The notes under the pieces were generated by a model, which saw only the letters and a list, made by a program, of their open reading frames with translations, was not told the origin of the DNA and did not search any database. A DNA stretch of 60,171 bases from Minisyncoccia bacterium (GTDB lineage: Bacteria > Patescibacteriota > Minisyncoccia > Phycocordibacterales > UBA5272): the NCBI GenBank assembly GCA_038256975.1, contig JBBSJU010000004.1, positions 1-60,171 of the forward strand, given 5' to 3'. Made by a program: the position numbers and the translations under genes. Positions within the stretch are counted from its first letter, which is position 1. Every line of letters starts with the position of its first letter. Positions 52,278-60,171 of this stretch are shown piece after piece.

Positions 52278-54881
52278 ATGAACCCAAATATACAAGATAA
52301 AAACTTTTGGCACCTATCATTTGAAGAAGTTGCAGATTTGTTCGAGACGGATATAGAAAAAGGGTTATCCATACAGGAATCAAATAGCCGTCTTGTAGCC
52401 TTTGGTAAAAATACAATTAGTACGGCAAAAAAGACAGTGGGATTAAAAATAGCACTTAATCAGTTAAAGAGCCCGCTGATACTCGTGCTCATCTTTGCAG
52501 GAATTATCACACTAGCCATTTCACATTATCAGGACGCAGTCTTTATTTTTGTAGCCGTTATTGTAAACTCTGTCCTTGGTTTTTATCAGGAGAATAAAGC
52601 GGAACGTGCGCTTTCAGAATTGAAGACATACCTCAAACAACGAGCACGAGTTATTCGAGATGGACAGGAACGAGAGATTGACGCAGAAGAACTGGTACCT
52701 GGTGACATTATCCGATTGGCACAAGGTGATCGGGTATCAGCTGATGCTCGAGTGGTGTTCGTTAATGATTTTCAAGTTGACGAAGCAGTGCTCACAGGTG
52801 AGTCTTTACCAGTCTCAAAATCTACAAATCGGTTGCCGGAATCAGTAGGGCTCTCAGATCAGAGTTCTATGCTCTTTGCGGGTACGTTGGTGACTCAAGG
52901 AGTATGTACTGCTATAGTTTGTCGCACCGATTCAAGTACTGAGCTCGGTAAGATTGCTTCGCTCATTGCCACTTCAGAAAGTGAGAAAACACCACTTCAA
53001 AAAGCAATCATTAATTTTAGTATCTATTCGAGTGTTGCGCTCACTGTTTTGACGCTTGTTATATTCGGTATCGGTATACTTGCTGGCTACTCGGTACTCG
53101 ACATGTTTCTCACTTCTGTTGCTATTGCTGTGTCTGCTATTCCAGAGGGCTTACCAATATCGATGACGGTCATTCTTGCGGTTGGTGTAGAACGGATGGC
53201 AAAACGAAAGGGTGTTGTGCGAAAACTTGTTGCTGCCGAGGCTTTGGGCAGTACCACAGTTATTCTCACTGACAAAACAGGAACTTTAACGATGGCAAAA
53301 ATGGTGCTGTCGAAAATTATTCCTTTTGAGATGGATGAACAGAGCTTAATTAATCGAGCCTTGACGAATGCCAACGTGCTTATTGAAAATCCACATGAGA
53401 CGCCTGACTTGTGGCGTATGAATGGAAGAATCATGGAAACGGCCCTTGTTCGGTCAGCAGCCATGCGAGGAATGGATTTTGCTGAGATTATGGCAAAAGA
53501 AAGAGTGCTTCAGAGTATGCCATTTAATGCAGTGCAGAAATTCTCAGCCTCACTCATTCAAGAGTCAGGTAAACATCTTGTTGTATTTTTCGGCGCACCT
53601 GATATTTTACTTAATCATTCGTCATTGAATGCAAAAGAAAAAAAGGCATTAGCGGAACAAATTGACTTGCTTGCGTTTTCTGGAGAGCGAGTTCTTGGGA
53701 TTGCAACAAAAGAGATCATTCAGACTGAAAACTTTTCTCTTGCAAAAGACACATCCCTTTCGGGGCTGTCGTTTAATGGCTTTATTACGTTCCATGACCC
53801 TATTCGTCCAAGTATTAAACATGCCATCGGGCGTGTGCAGGACGCGGGCGTTAAAACAGTTATTCTGACAGGTGACCATCGCGGAACAGCTGTGGCTGTG
53901 GCCAAGGAGATAGGTATGAAGATAGATGAGTGGTCGGTTCTTGATGCTTCTGAATTAGTGGAGCTTTCAGAAGAAGAGCTACGAGCCCGCTTGCCGCATC
54001 TTACTGTTATTTCTCGTGTCACGCCGTTTGATAAACTTCGCATTGCAAGACTCTATCAAGAGATGGGAGAAGTGGTTGCAATGACTGGCGATGGGGTCAA
54101 TGATGCGCCTAGTATTAAACAAGCCGATGTCGGTATTGCCATGGGCTCTGGTACGGAAGTCGCACAAAGCGTTGCTGATCTCGTGCTTCTTGATGATAAT
54201 TTTGAGACTATAGTTGCTGCCATTGAAGAAGGTCGTCAGATTCTCGGTAATATTCGCAAAGTGCTCGTCTACCTTCTTTCTAATGTAACAGACGGTTTAA
54301 TTCTTATAGGAGGGGCACTTTTAACTGGATTGCCTTTACCGCTTAATCCGCTCCAGATTCTCTGGGTTAACTTTTTTACCGACAGTTTTCCTGCGGTCTC
54401 GTATGCATTCGAAAAAGATCCCGATGGCCTCACACATAAACCTCTGAAGAGAGGGAAGATAAAGCTTTTTGATCCTGTAATGAAATTTTTGATTCTTGCG
54501 ATTGGACTTTCCACGAGTATCTTACTCTTCGTGATTTATTACGTTCTGATACGACTTGGATATGACGAAACGATTGTTCGAACATTTATCTTCGGAGCTT
54601 TCGGAACGTATACCTTACTTGTTGCTTTGTCTGTACGAAGCTTAGATAAGAGTATTTTTTCGTATCCGCTATTTTCAAACAAATATCTTAATGGAGGTAT
54701 TATTATCGGGCTTGTTCTTATGGCGGCGGCAATTTATTATCCAGGACTGCAAACAGTTTTTGACACAGTTGCTTTACCATTCAATTGGGTAATTGGTGTT
54801 CTGTTAATTGGCCTATTTAATATCATTCTGATTGAAGTTGCAAAATGGTTCTTTAGGAGTAGACAGACTCGCAGGGCGTAA
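52278..54881 (+). CDS. P-type cation-transporting ATPase (type II, Ca2+/Mg2+-like)
   Basis: LTGESLPVSK, ILTDKTGTLT, MTGDGVNDAPSIKQADVGIAMG. Confidence 0.9.
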   Translation: MNPNIQDKNFWHLSFEEVADLFETDIEKGLSIQESNSRLVAFGKNTISTAKKTVGLKIALNQLKSPLILVLIFAGIITLAISHYQDAVFIFVAVIVNSVLGFYQENKAERALSELKTYLKQRARVIRDGQEREIDAEELVPGDIIRLAQGDRVSADARVVFVNDFQVDEAVLTGESLPVSKSTNRLPESVGLSDQSSMLFAGTLVTQGVCTAIVCRTDSSTELGKIASLIATSESEKTPLQKAIINFSIYSSVALTVLTLVIFGIGILAGYSVLDMFLTSVAIAVSAIPEGLPISMTVILAVGVERMAKRKGVVRKLVAAEALGSTTVILTDKTGTLTMAKMVLSKIIPFEMDEQSLINRALTNANVLIENPHETPDLWRMNGRIMETALVRSAAMRGMDFAEIMAKERVLQSMPFNAVQKFSASLIQESGKHLVVFFGAPDILLNHSSLNAKEKKALAEQIDLLAFSGERVLGIATKEIIQTENFSLAKDTSLSGLSFNGFITFHDPIRPSIKHAIGRVQDAGVKTVILTGDHRGTAVAVAKEIGMKIDEWSVLDASELVELSEEELRARLPHLTVISRVTPFDKLRIARLYQEMGEVVAMTGDGVNDAPSIKQADVGIAMGSGTEVAQSVADLVLLDDNFETIVAAIEEGRQILGNIRKVLVYLLSNVTDGLILIGGALLTGLPLPLNPLQILWVNFFTDSFPAVSYAFEKDPDGLTHKPLKRGKIKLFDPVMKFLILAIGLSTSILLFVIYYVLIRLGYDETIVRTFIFGAFGTYTLLVALSVRSLDKSIFSYPLFSNKYLNGGIIIGLVLMAAAIYYPGLQTVFDTVALPFNWVIGVLLIGLFNIILIEVAKWFFRSRQTRRA

Positions 54882-54917
54882 CCTTTCAGAAGGAGCACCT
54901 TTAATTATAAGAGGAGG

Positions 54918-55703
54918 CTAATTTTTCCTATGGACAATCTTGTTCCGGTAGATAATAGAGACTAGTGCAAAACTCAGGACAAGCAGGAGAAACCACGAAC
55001 CAATTTTATTAAATGAAACAAGTTGCCAGTATAATTGTTGGTTTGGATAGCGCCAAATGTTGGTTAAGGTACCAATATTTTCAGCTATCCACACAAATAT
55101 CGTGGTTAAAAATGCAGTCACTAAAAATGGAATTTGATAGCGTTTGTCGTGTACTTGAAAATACACTTTGGTTCTGTAAAAGATAATGAGTATGTATGCA
55201 AATAAGATATAGCGAAGATCGTAAAAAAAGTGATGCGTGAAAAAATTGATATAAATGATGGGCGCAAGTATCCAGAGATGGAAATAGGCAGGGAAGTCTT
55301 CATACGACAGCTTGAGGAAAATGAAAGCACGTGAAATGTAACTTCCAACTGCTGAATAAAGAAAACCTGTAAACAGCGGCACTGTAGCAAGTATGAAGAT
55401 TGAATTTCCGATACCGGGATACGCCCATGAGCCGATGGCGGGGTGTGTTTTGAATAACTCCATACCAGTTGCCAGTATATGAAAAAGAATGATAACAAAA
55501 AATTCTTTCAGGCGCTCGAGTCGGAATAACAGCATACATATCTGGAAACTAACTGCAGCAAGGAAAATAAAGTCGTAACGACTTATGAGTGGGATAGTAA
55601 CTATTTCAGTGAGGAGAAATATAGAGAGTAAGAACCCTCCAAAATAACTTGCCTGTAGATTGGCAACGAAGAAATACCAAAGCTTTGTGGCGAAAGTTCG
55701 CAT
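54918..55703 (-). CDS. DUF817-like integral membrane protein
   Basis: 261 aa with about 8 TM. The pattern resembles DUF817 from memory. Confidence 0.5.
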   Translation of the reverse strand: MRTFATKLWYFFVANLQASYFGGFLLSIFLLTEIVTIPLISRYDFIFLAAVSFQICMLLFRLERLKEFFVIILFHILATGMELFKTHPAIGSWAYPGIGNSIFILATVPLFTGFLYSAVGSYISRAFIFLKLSYEDFPAYFHLWILAPIIYINFFTHHFFYDLRYILFAYILIIFYRTKVYFQVHDKRYQIPFLVTAFLTTIFVWIAENIGTLTNIWRYPNQQLYWQLVSFNKIGSWFLLLVLSFALVSIIYRNKIVHRKN

Positions 55704-55784
55704 ATCTGTCTATTATGAATCAAGTATACATAATCTGCTAAGACATTGATTTAGGATTAAAAATTGATGGGATATACTATATAC

Positions 55785-56690
55785 ATGCAAAAAATAGTTC
55801 CACATTTGTGGTTTGATAAAGAGGCCAAGGAGGCTGCAAATTTTTACACCTCTGTTTTCCCAAATTCAAAAGTAACACATATCAGTGTCATTAAAGACAC
55901 TCCCTCAGGTGACTGCGATATTGTATCGTTTGATGTCATGGGAACTTCATTTCAAGCAATAAGTGCGGGGCCATATTTTAAGCTCAACCCCTCAATATCA
56001 TTCATGGTTAACTTTGATCCATCACAAAATGCTGATGCTCAAAAACTAATTGATGAAGTGTGGGACAAGCTTTCTCTTGGTGGAAAAATTTTAATGCCTC
56101 TCGACAAATATCCCTTCAGCGAGCGATATGGTTGGATACAGGATAAGTACGGACTCTCATGGCAGTTGATATTTACGAATCCTGAGGGAAAAGAGCGTCC
56201 ACTTATTGTTCCTTCCATGATGTTTGTTGGGGAGGTTTGCGGAAAAGCGCAAGAGGCATCTGATTTTTATCTGTCTGTGTTTAAAGATGCAGAGCGTGGA
56301 GCAATTGCTCGTTATCCAGCAGGAATGGAACCAGATAAAGAAGGAACGGTGATGTTTACTGACTTTAAACTCGAAGGACAGTGGTTTGCGGCAATGGATA
56401 GTGCACGGACACATGATTTTTCATTTAGTGAGGCTATTTCTTTTATTGTTAACTGTGACACCCAAGAAGAAATTGACTATTACTGGGACAAGCTTTCTTT
56501 TGTGCCTGAGTCGGAGCAGTGTGGATGGCTTAAGGACAGATATGGAGTGTCTTGGCAGATCACACCAACTATAATGAACGAAATGATGGAAAGCGGAGAT
56601 CAAGAAAAAATTGAGAAAGTAACCCAAGCTTTTCTTCAGATGAAAAAGTTTGATATTGCAAAATTAAAAGAAGCTTACGAGGGTAAGTAA
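55785..56690 (+). CDS. Two-domain VOC/glyoxalase-fold protein (PhnB-like; 3-demethylubiquinone-9 3-methyltransferase-domain family)
   Basis: IVPHLWFDKEAKEAANFYTSVFPNSKV, and the second half has the same fold pattern. TATACT at 55773-55778 lies 6 nt before ATG 55785. Confidence 0.7.
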   Translation: MQKIVPHLWFDKEAKEAANFYTSVFPNSKVTHISVIKDTPSGDCDIVSFDVMGTSFQAISAGPYFKLNPSISFMVNFDPSQNADAQKLIDEVWDKLSLGGKILMPLDKYPFSERYGWIQDKYGLSWQLIFTNPEGKERPLIVPSMMFVGEVCGKAQEASDFYLSVFKDAERGAIARYPAGMEPDKEGTVMFTDFKLEGQWFAAMDSARTHDFSFSEAISFIVNCDTQEEIDYYWDKLSFVPESEQCGWLKDRYGVSWQITPTIMNEMMESGDQEKIEKVTQAFLQMKKFDIAKLKEAYEGK

Positions 56691-56720
56691 ACCCATTAAT
56701 CACGCAACAGTAAGCTTTCT

Positions 56721-56729
56721 TGCTATAAT
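56721..56729 (+). promoter_or_regulatory. Extended -10 promoter TGcTATAAT, 6 nt before ATG 56736
   Basis: tTGcTATAATatttgtATG. Confidence 0.6.
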
Positions 56730-56735
56730 ATTTGT

Positions 56736-57095
56736 ATGGAAACGTGCGTATTTTGTAAAATAATCAACAAAGAACTTCCTGCGACTATCGTCTTTGAGAA
56801 TGATGAATTTCTCGCTTTTCCACCGATTGACCAGATTTCAAAAGGTCACACACTTCTCATTCCAAAAAAACACCAAGAAAATATATTTGATCTGGATGCG
56901 GATTCTTTTAGTAGACTCGCTGTACTGGCGCAAAAACTTTCTAAAGAATTAAAAGCTACTCATGGTGCAGATGGCGTGAATTTACTTAATGCAAGCGGAA
57001 AGGAGGCGCAACAATCAGTTTTCCATTTCCATCTTCATATTGTTCCTCGATATGCAGATGATGGATTAGACCTGTGGTTTAGAAATAAATTATAG
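56736..57095 (+). CDS. HIT-family (histidine triad) nucleotide hydrolase
   Basis: CVFCKII...KGHTLLIPKKH...VFHFHLHIVPRY (HxHxHxx). Confidence 0.9.
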   Translation: METCVFCKIINKELPATIVFENDEFLAFPPIDQISKGHTLLIPKKHQENIFDLDADSFSRLAVLAQKLSKELKATHGADGVNLLNASGKEAQQSVFHFHLHIVPRYADDGLDLWFRNKL

Positions 57096-57121
57096 ATTTT
57101 TAAGAGTGCTATAGTATCTAT

Positions 57122-58054
57122 ATGAACTTAAGAAAATTTTTTATAGGGAGGGCAGTAGGATTTAGTATCTTACTTGTGTTGGTGGCTATTGTTGCTGGAT
57201 TTTATGCGTTAAACAATTATATCTACGAAGAAAAGCAGGCCTATGCGGCAAGAGATTATAAAGACGCCGAATATACTATTGGAGGAACTCGAGTAAGGCT
57301 TTCTGATGGTGTTGCTGAAATGGAAACAGCCCCAGGCTCAGCGTCTAAAATCACTACTCGGTATTTTGGCAATGAGGTTAGATCGGATCTTGATAGTGAT
57401 GGACATGAAGATGTTGCCTTCTTGCTCACTCAGGAAACAGGGGGAAGTGGAATTTTCTATTACGTGGTAGCAGCACTTAATACTGAAAGAGGGTACATGG
57501 GGTCGGAAGCTTTGTTATTAGGAGATCGCATTGCTCCGCAGACAACAGAGAGGGGAAAAGGAAAAATTATAATTGTTAACTATGCCGACCGTGCACCAGG
57601 AGAGTCATTCTCAGTAAAGCCTTCAGTTGGTAAAAGTATCTGGCTCCTTCTTGATTCTCAGGCGATGCAGTTTGGTGAAGTGGTGCAGAATTTTGAAGGC
57701 GAAGCGGATCCTTCTAAGATGTCACTTGGCATGAAAACATGGGTTTGGGAGTCTGCACTCTATAATGATGGTCGCGAGGTACGTCCAACAAAAGAGAGGG
57801 CGTTCACACTAACATTTGGCACTAACCGAAAGTTTTCTGCTACAACAGACTGTAATAGTGTGGGAGGAATCTATATTGCCAATGCGAGCACCCTTTCTTT
57901 TTCAGAAATGTATATGACCGAGATGTACTGCACAGATTCTCAAGAAAGAGATTTTGCATTACTGCTCCAGAACACACAAGGATACCACTTCACTTCTCGG
58001 GGGGAATTGATACTTGATTTAAAGTTTGATAGCGGTTCGGCAGTGTTTAGATAA
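57122..58054 (+). CDS. Membrane-anchored protein with C-terminal META (HslJ-like) domain
   Basis: N-terminal TM. WVWESALYNDG...LTFGTNRKFSATTDCNSVGGIYIANASTLSFSEMYMTEMYC. TGcTATAGT at 57107-57115 lies 6 nt before the ATG. Confidence 0.65.
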   Translation: MNLRKFFIGRAVGFSILLVLVAIVAGFYALNNYIYEEKQAYAARDYKDAEYTIGGTRVRLSDGVAEMETAPGSASKITTRYFGNEVRSDLDSDGHEDVAFLLTQETGGSGIFYYVVAALNTERGYMGSEALLLGDRIAPQTTERGKGKIIIVNYADRAPGESFSVKPSVGKSIWLLLDSQAMQFGEVVQNFEGEADPSKMSLGMKTWVWESALYNDGREVRPTKERAFTLTFGTNRKFSATTDCNSVGGIYIANASTLSFSEMYMTEMYCTDSQERDFALLLQNTQGYHFTSRGELILDLKFDSGSAVFR

Positions 58055-58103
58055 AAAAGTGGGCCAGTGTTCTTGCGAACCTGGCCCTATCATGAGAGGT
58101 ATA

Positions 58104-58544
58104 TCATTTTTTCGACAACTGGGTCACGATCTCCCCCCAGTTTTCTACTTGGGTAACCTTTTTCAGTAGTCCTCCATACTGTTGGATTTCGCTTCGACGT
58201 GGTCGAAACAATAGACGGGTGGTTACTGGGTCGGGAAGTTGCCCGAGACTCAAGAGGCTTCCATCTATGTACGTTGTTAATTGACAGTTCGTGCAAATTT
58301 GTTTTCTCCCTTCTTCATCCCTGCAAAAGTAGAGAGGGTCTTTGAGTACCGTTCTGACCTGCTGCATGAGGTGGACCCCTTCATTTGCTTGGACACAGCA
58401 GACGAGAGATATTGTGTGACCTTGTCCCTTGAGTCGTCGTATTGCCTCAAGAGCATTGGGGAACAATACAGGCCTCCCGTCGCTAGAGAGCAGTGTACCC
58501 ATCACATCGAGGATAACCTCGATGTCAATTCCTATATTACTCAT
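58104..58544 (-). CDS. Hypothetical protein, weak HAD-like features, GC-richer and SD-led
   Basis: ILDVMGTLL (degenerate DxDxT). TGGAG lies 9 nt before the ATG. Confidence 0.35.
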   Translation of the reverse strand: MSNIGIDIEVILDVMGTLLSSDGRPVLFPNALEAIRRLKGQGHTISLVCCVQANEGVHLMQQVRTVLKDPLYFCRDEEGRKQICTNCQLTTYIDGSLLSLGQLPDPVTTRLLFRPRRSEIQQYGGLLKKVTQVENWGEIVTQLSKK

Positions 58545-58783
58545 CGTATTTAACTCCAGTAGTGTACATCAGGTCACTGTAACCTGATTAATCCAACAAT
58601 GTCACAGAAGTTTTTTTGAGTCAAATATGCACTAAACACTCCAACTGTAGTGCAAATTAGTTATTCGTGAAGCGGAATGTTTTGTGACTTTGAAAGAGTG
58701 GACTATAGACGTTTTAATAAAAATATGTTATAAACACAACACGTTTGGCCAATGTGGCCTTTCGAACTAGTCTGGAGAAGACC

Positions 58784-59617
58784 ATGTACAGGATTGTGCT
58801 CTTTGTTTTTTTGATTATCTTTACCATGACGGACGCCTCGGCGGCGGTCACTATCCGCATTCAACCATCCCCGGCACCCAACGCATTTGGGTCACCCAGC
58901 TGGATGCCTTATTTGAATGCGGCGCAAGCGTCGCTTCAAGGTAACCTGGGGAGCACAGGAAATCCTGCCGTAGACCCGGCAGCGTACCATGTCCTTGAGG
59001 AGGGGTTTTATACTCCTCAAGATGTCATGGTTACCTCGGGAATTTCATGGCGCGGGGTTGCCAACCCCGGTGTACCATTTGATGGAGAACATGGCAATCG
59101 CTTACACTTCGGTGTCGCGATTGAGGGCGACGGTGTGGAATGCTTCACTTTGAGAGACGTGACATTTGTTTTCACGTCTTCGGATGGGGCATTGAACTTT
59201 GTCAGTTCTCTTGCTGGGACGACTCTTGATGGAACCAACCGTGTCGGACTCGATTATGGTTCGGACAACCTTCCTGGAGGTGGCGATGACATCGTCTTGA
59301 ATGCGGGGCAGAACGATACAACATGCATGGATGCGTTGTATTACCGGGGTCCGGGCAATGCCTATTGGCCCGACGGTGCTGCTCGGTTTACTGGTGTTGG
59401 AATTCCGTCGTCGCCATTTACGAACGAGCAATCGTTCTTTCGTTTTGTTTCAACAGCGAAAGGAATTCCAACTCTTCAGGAGCAGATCAATGAGACGATT
59501 GCCTATATTTACGAACAGAATGTGAGTATCACGGTCCAGTACGTTGTCGGACAAAATCCGCCAGTGTCTATGACCCTCGTTCTCCGCCCACTGTTTTCGA
59601 ATGGATTCGAAGACTGA
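58784..59617 (+). CDS. Secreted hypothetical protein (GC-rich)
   Basis: Signal peptide MYRIVLFVFLIIFTMTDASAAV. GGAG lies 6 nt before ATG 58784 (track start TTG 58745 rejected). Confidence 0.55.
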   Translation: MYRIVLFVFLIIFTMTDASAAVTIRIQPSPAPNAFGSPSWMPYLNAAQASLQGNLGSTGNPAVDPAAYHVLEEGFYTPQDVMVTSGISWRGVANPGVPFDGEHGNRLHFGVAIEGDGVECFTLRDVTFVFTSSDGALNFVSSLAGTTLDGTNRVGLDYGSDNLPGGGDDIVLNAGQNDTTCMDALYYRGPGNAYWPDGAARFTGVGIPSSPFTNEQSFFRFVSTAKGIPTLQEQINETIAYIYEQNVSITVQYVVGQNPPVSMTLVLRPLFSNGFED

Positions 59618-59641
59618 GTCCATTCTGGTTATTTTCCCTCA

Positions 59642-59676
59642 AATGGGCTGCTTCGGCAGCCCATTCTTTTTATTTT
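59642..59676 (+). terminator. Rho-independent terminator with UUCG tetraloop
   Basis: aatgggctgc-ttcg-gcagcccatt followed by ctttttatttt. Confidence 0.85.
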
Positions 59677-59754
59677 AGAAATTTCCAAAATTGTTTAATA
59701 AAGAAATGTGAACTTTCAACTCTTAAAAACCTTTTGTACGTTATACTATAAAGC

Positions 59755-60171
59755 ATGAAGGGGTCTCTCATTATCGCTTTTTGTTTCGTATTCATCTGGT
59801 ACGGTTTTTTTCGTCAATATAATACAGAGAGTAAAAGCGCTGTGGTAAGTAGTGTTGTTTTTATTTGTGATGATGGTAAGGCTGCCAGCGTTTCTTTTCA
59901 CAGTAAAAAGTCATTGCTGTATGTTGCAAGTGATGGGGCATCTTTTCCTGAGGGAGTAGCAGACATTGCCTTAAGTGATGGCAGGTCTATGTCGCTTGCC
60001 CAGTCTCGCTCTGTAGATGGCGTTCAGTATGAAAGTATAGATGCGGCTTTTGCTTTTTGGACGAATGGAAACAAGGCACAGATTGTAGAGAATAAAAAAG
60101 ACGTTATTCATTGTATCCGTCTTGCGGATCAACCTAAAGGAACAAATCTTTCCCAAGTCTATGTAGATGGC
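59755..60171 (+). CDS. MliC-like (membrane-bound lysozyme inhibitor type) lipoprotein/anchored protein; 3' end lies outside the window
   Basis: Not in the ORF track because it has no stop inside the window. Open for 139 codons from ATG 59755: MKGSLIIAFCFVFIWYGFF..VVFICDDGKAASVSF..SRSVDGVQYES..FAFWTNGNKAQIV. TATACT at 59742-59747 lies 7 nt before the ATG. Confidence 0.5.
   Translation, partial: MKGSLIIAFCFVFIWYGFFRQYNTESKSAVVSSVVFICDDGKAASVSFHSKKSLLYVASDGASFPEGVADIALSDGRSMSLAQSRSVDGVQYESIDAAFAFWTNGNKAQIVENKKDVIHCIRLADQPKGTNLSQVYVDG

Overview
AT-rich 60.2-kb bacterial window using the standard genetic code (TAA, TAG and TGA all end ORFs). Gene content and architecture suggest a small-genome Patescibacteria/CPR-like organism; that is my inference, not a database hit. 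All family names come from motif recognition by eye and need HMM confirmation. Layout: (i) 0-6 kb holds a 5'-truncated Asp-box/BNR surface protein, rpsF-ssb-rpsR, an orphan TraD/VirD4-like ATPase and a lamin-tail/PKD surface protein. (ii) 6-27 kb is a ~21-kb surface-glycan locus with 8 glycosyltransferase-like genes, 5 methyltransferases, a UDP-sugar dehydrogenase and epimerase, a Wzx-like flippase and an O-antigen-ligase/TPR protein. It is interrupted by an aldolase, a Mur ligase and a bacterial Elp3. (iii) tRNA-Gln(CTG) at 27260-27330 is followed by an ~8-kb, visibly more AT-rich defence island. The island carries GIY-YIG/DUF4357 and DUF2726 nuclease-like genes, a PD-(D/E)xK-like gene, a translationally coupled three-gene ABC-3C-type module (SMEK-like protein, ~75-aa middle component, coiled-coil ABC ATPase), DUF2000, and a 677-aa REase-DGQHR(DndB-like)-HEPN fusion. 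(iv) 35.4-44 kb is an array of one- or two-gene accessory cassettes, each with its own promoter, separated by a recurring 21-nt motif placed just after stop codons. (v) 44-60 kb is a mix of genes: Trx + CcdA-MsrA-MsrB, P-type ATPase, HIT, VOC, META, an MliC-like protein, and several GC-richer patches. Most AT-rich genes look leaderless (a -10 box, often TGn-extended, 6-8 nt before the start codon), whereas the GC-richer patches use Shine-Dalgarno sites. I saw no rRNA, CRISPR array, integrase or transposase.
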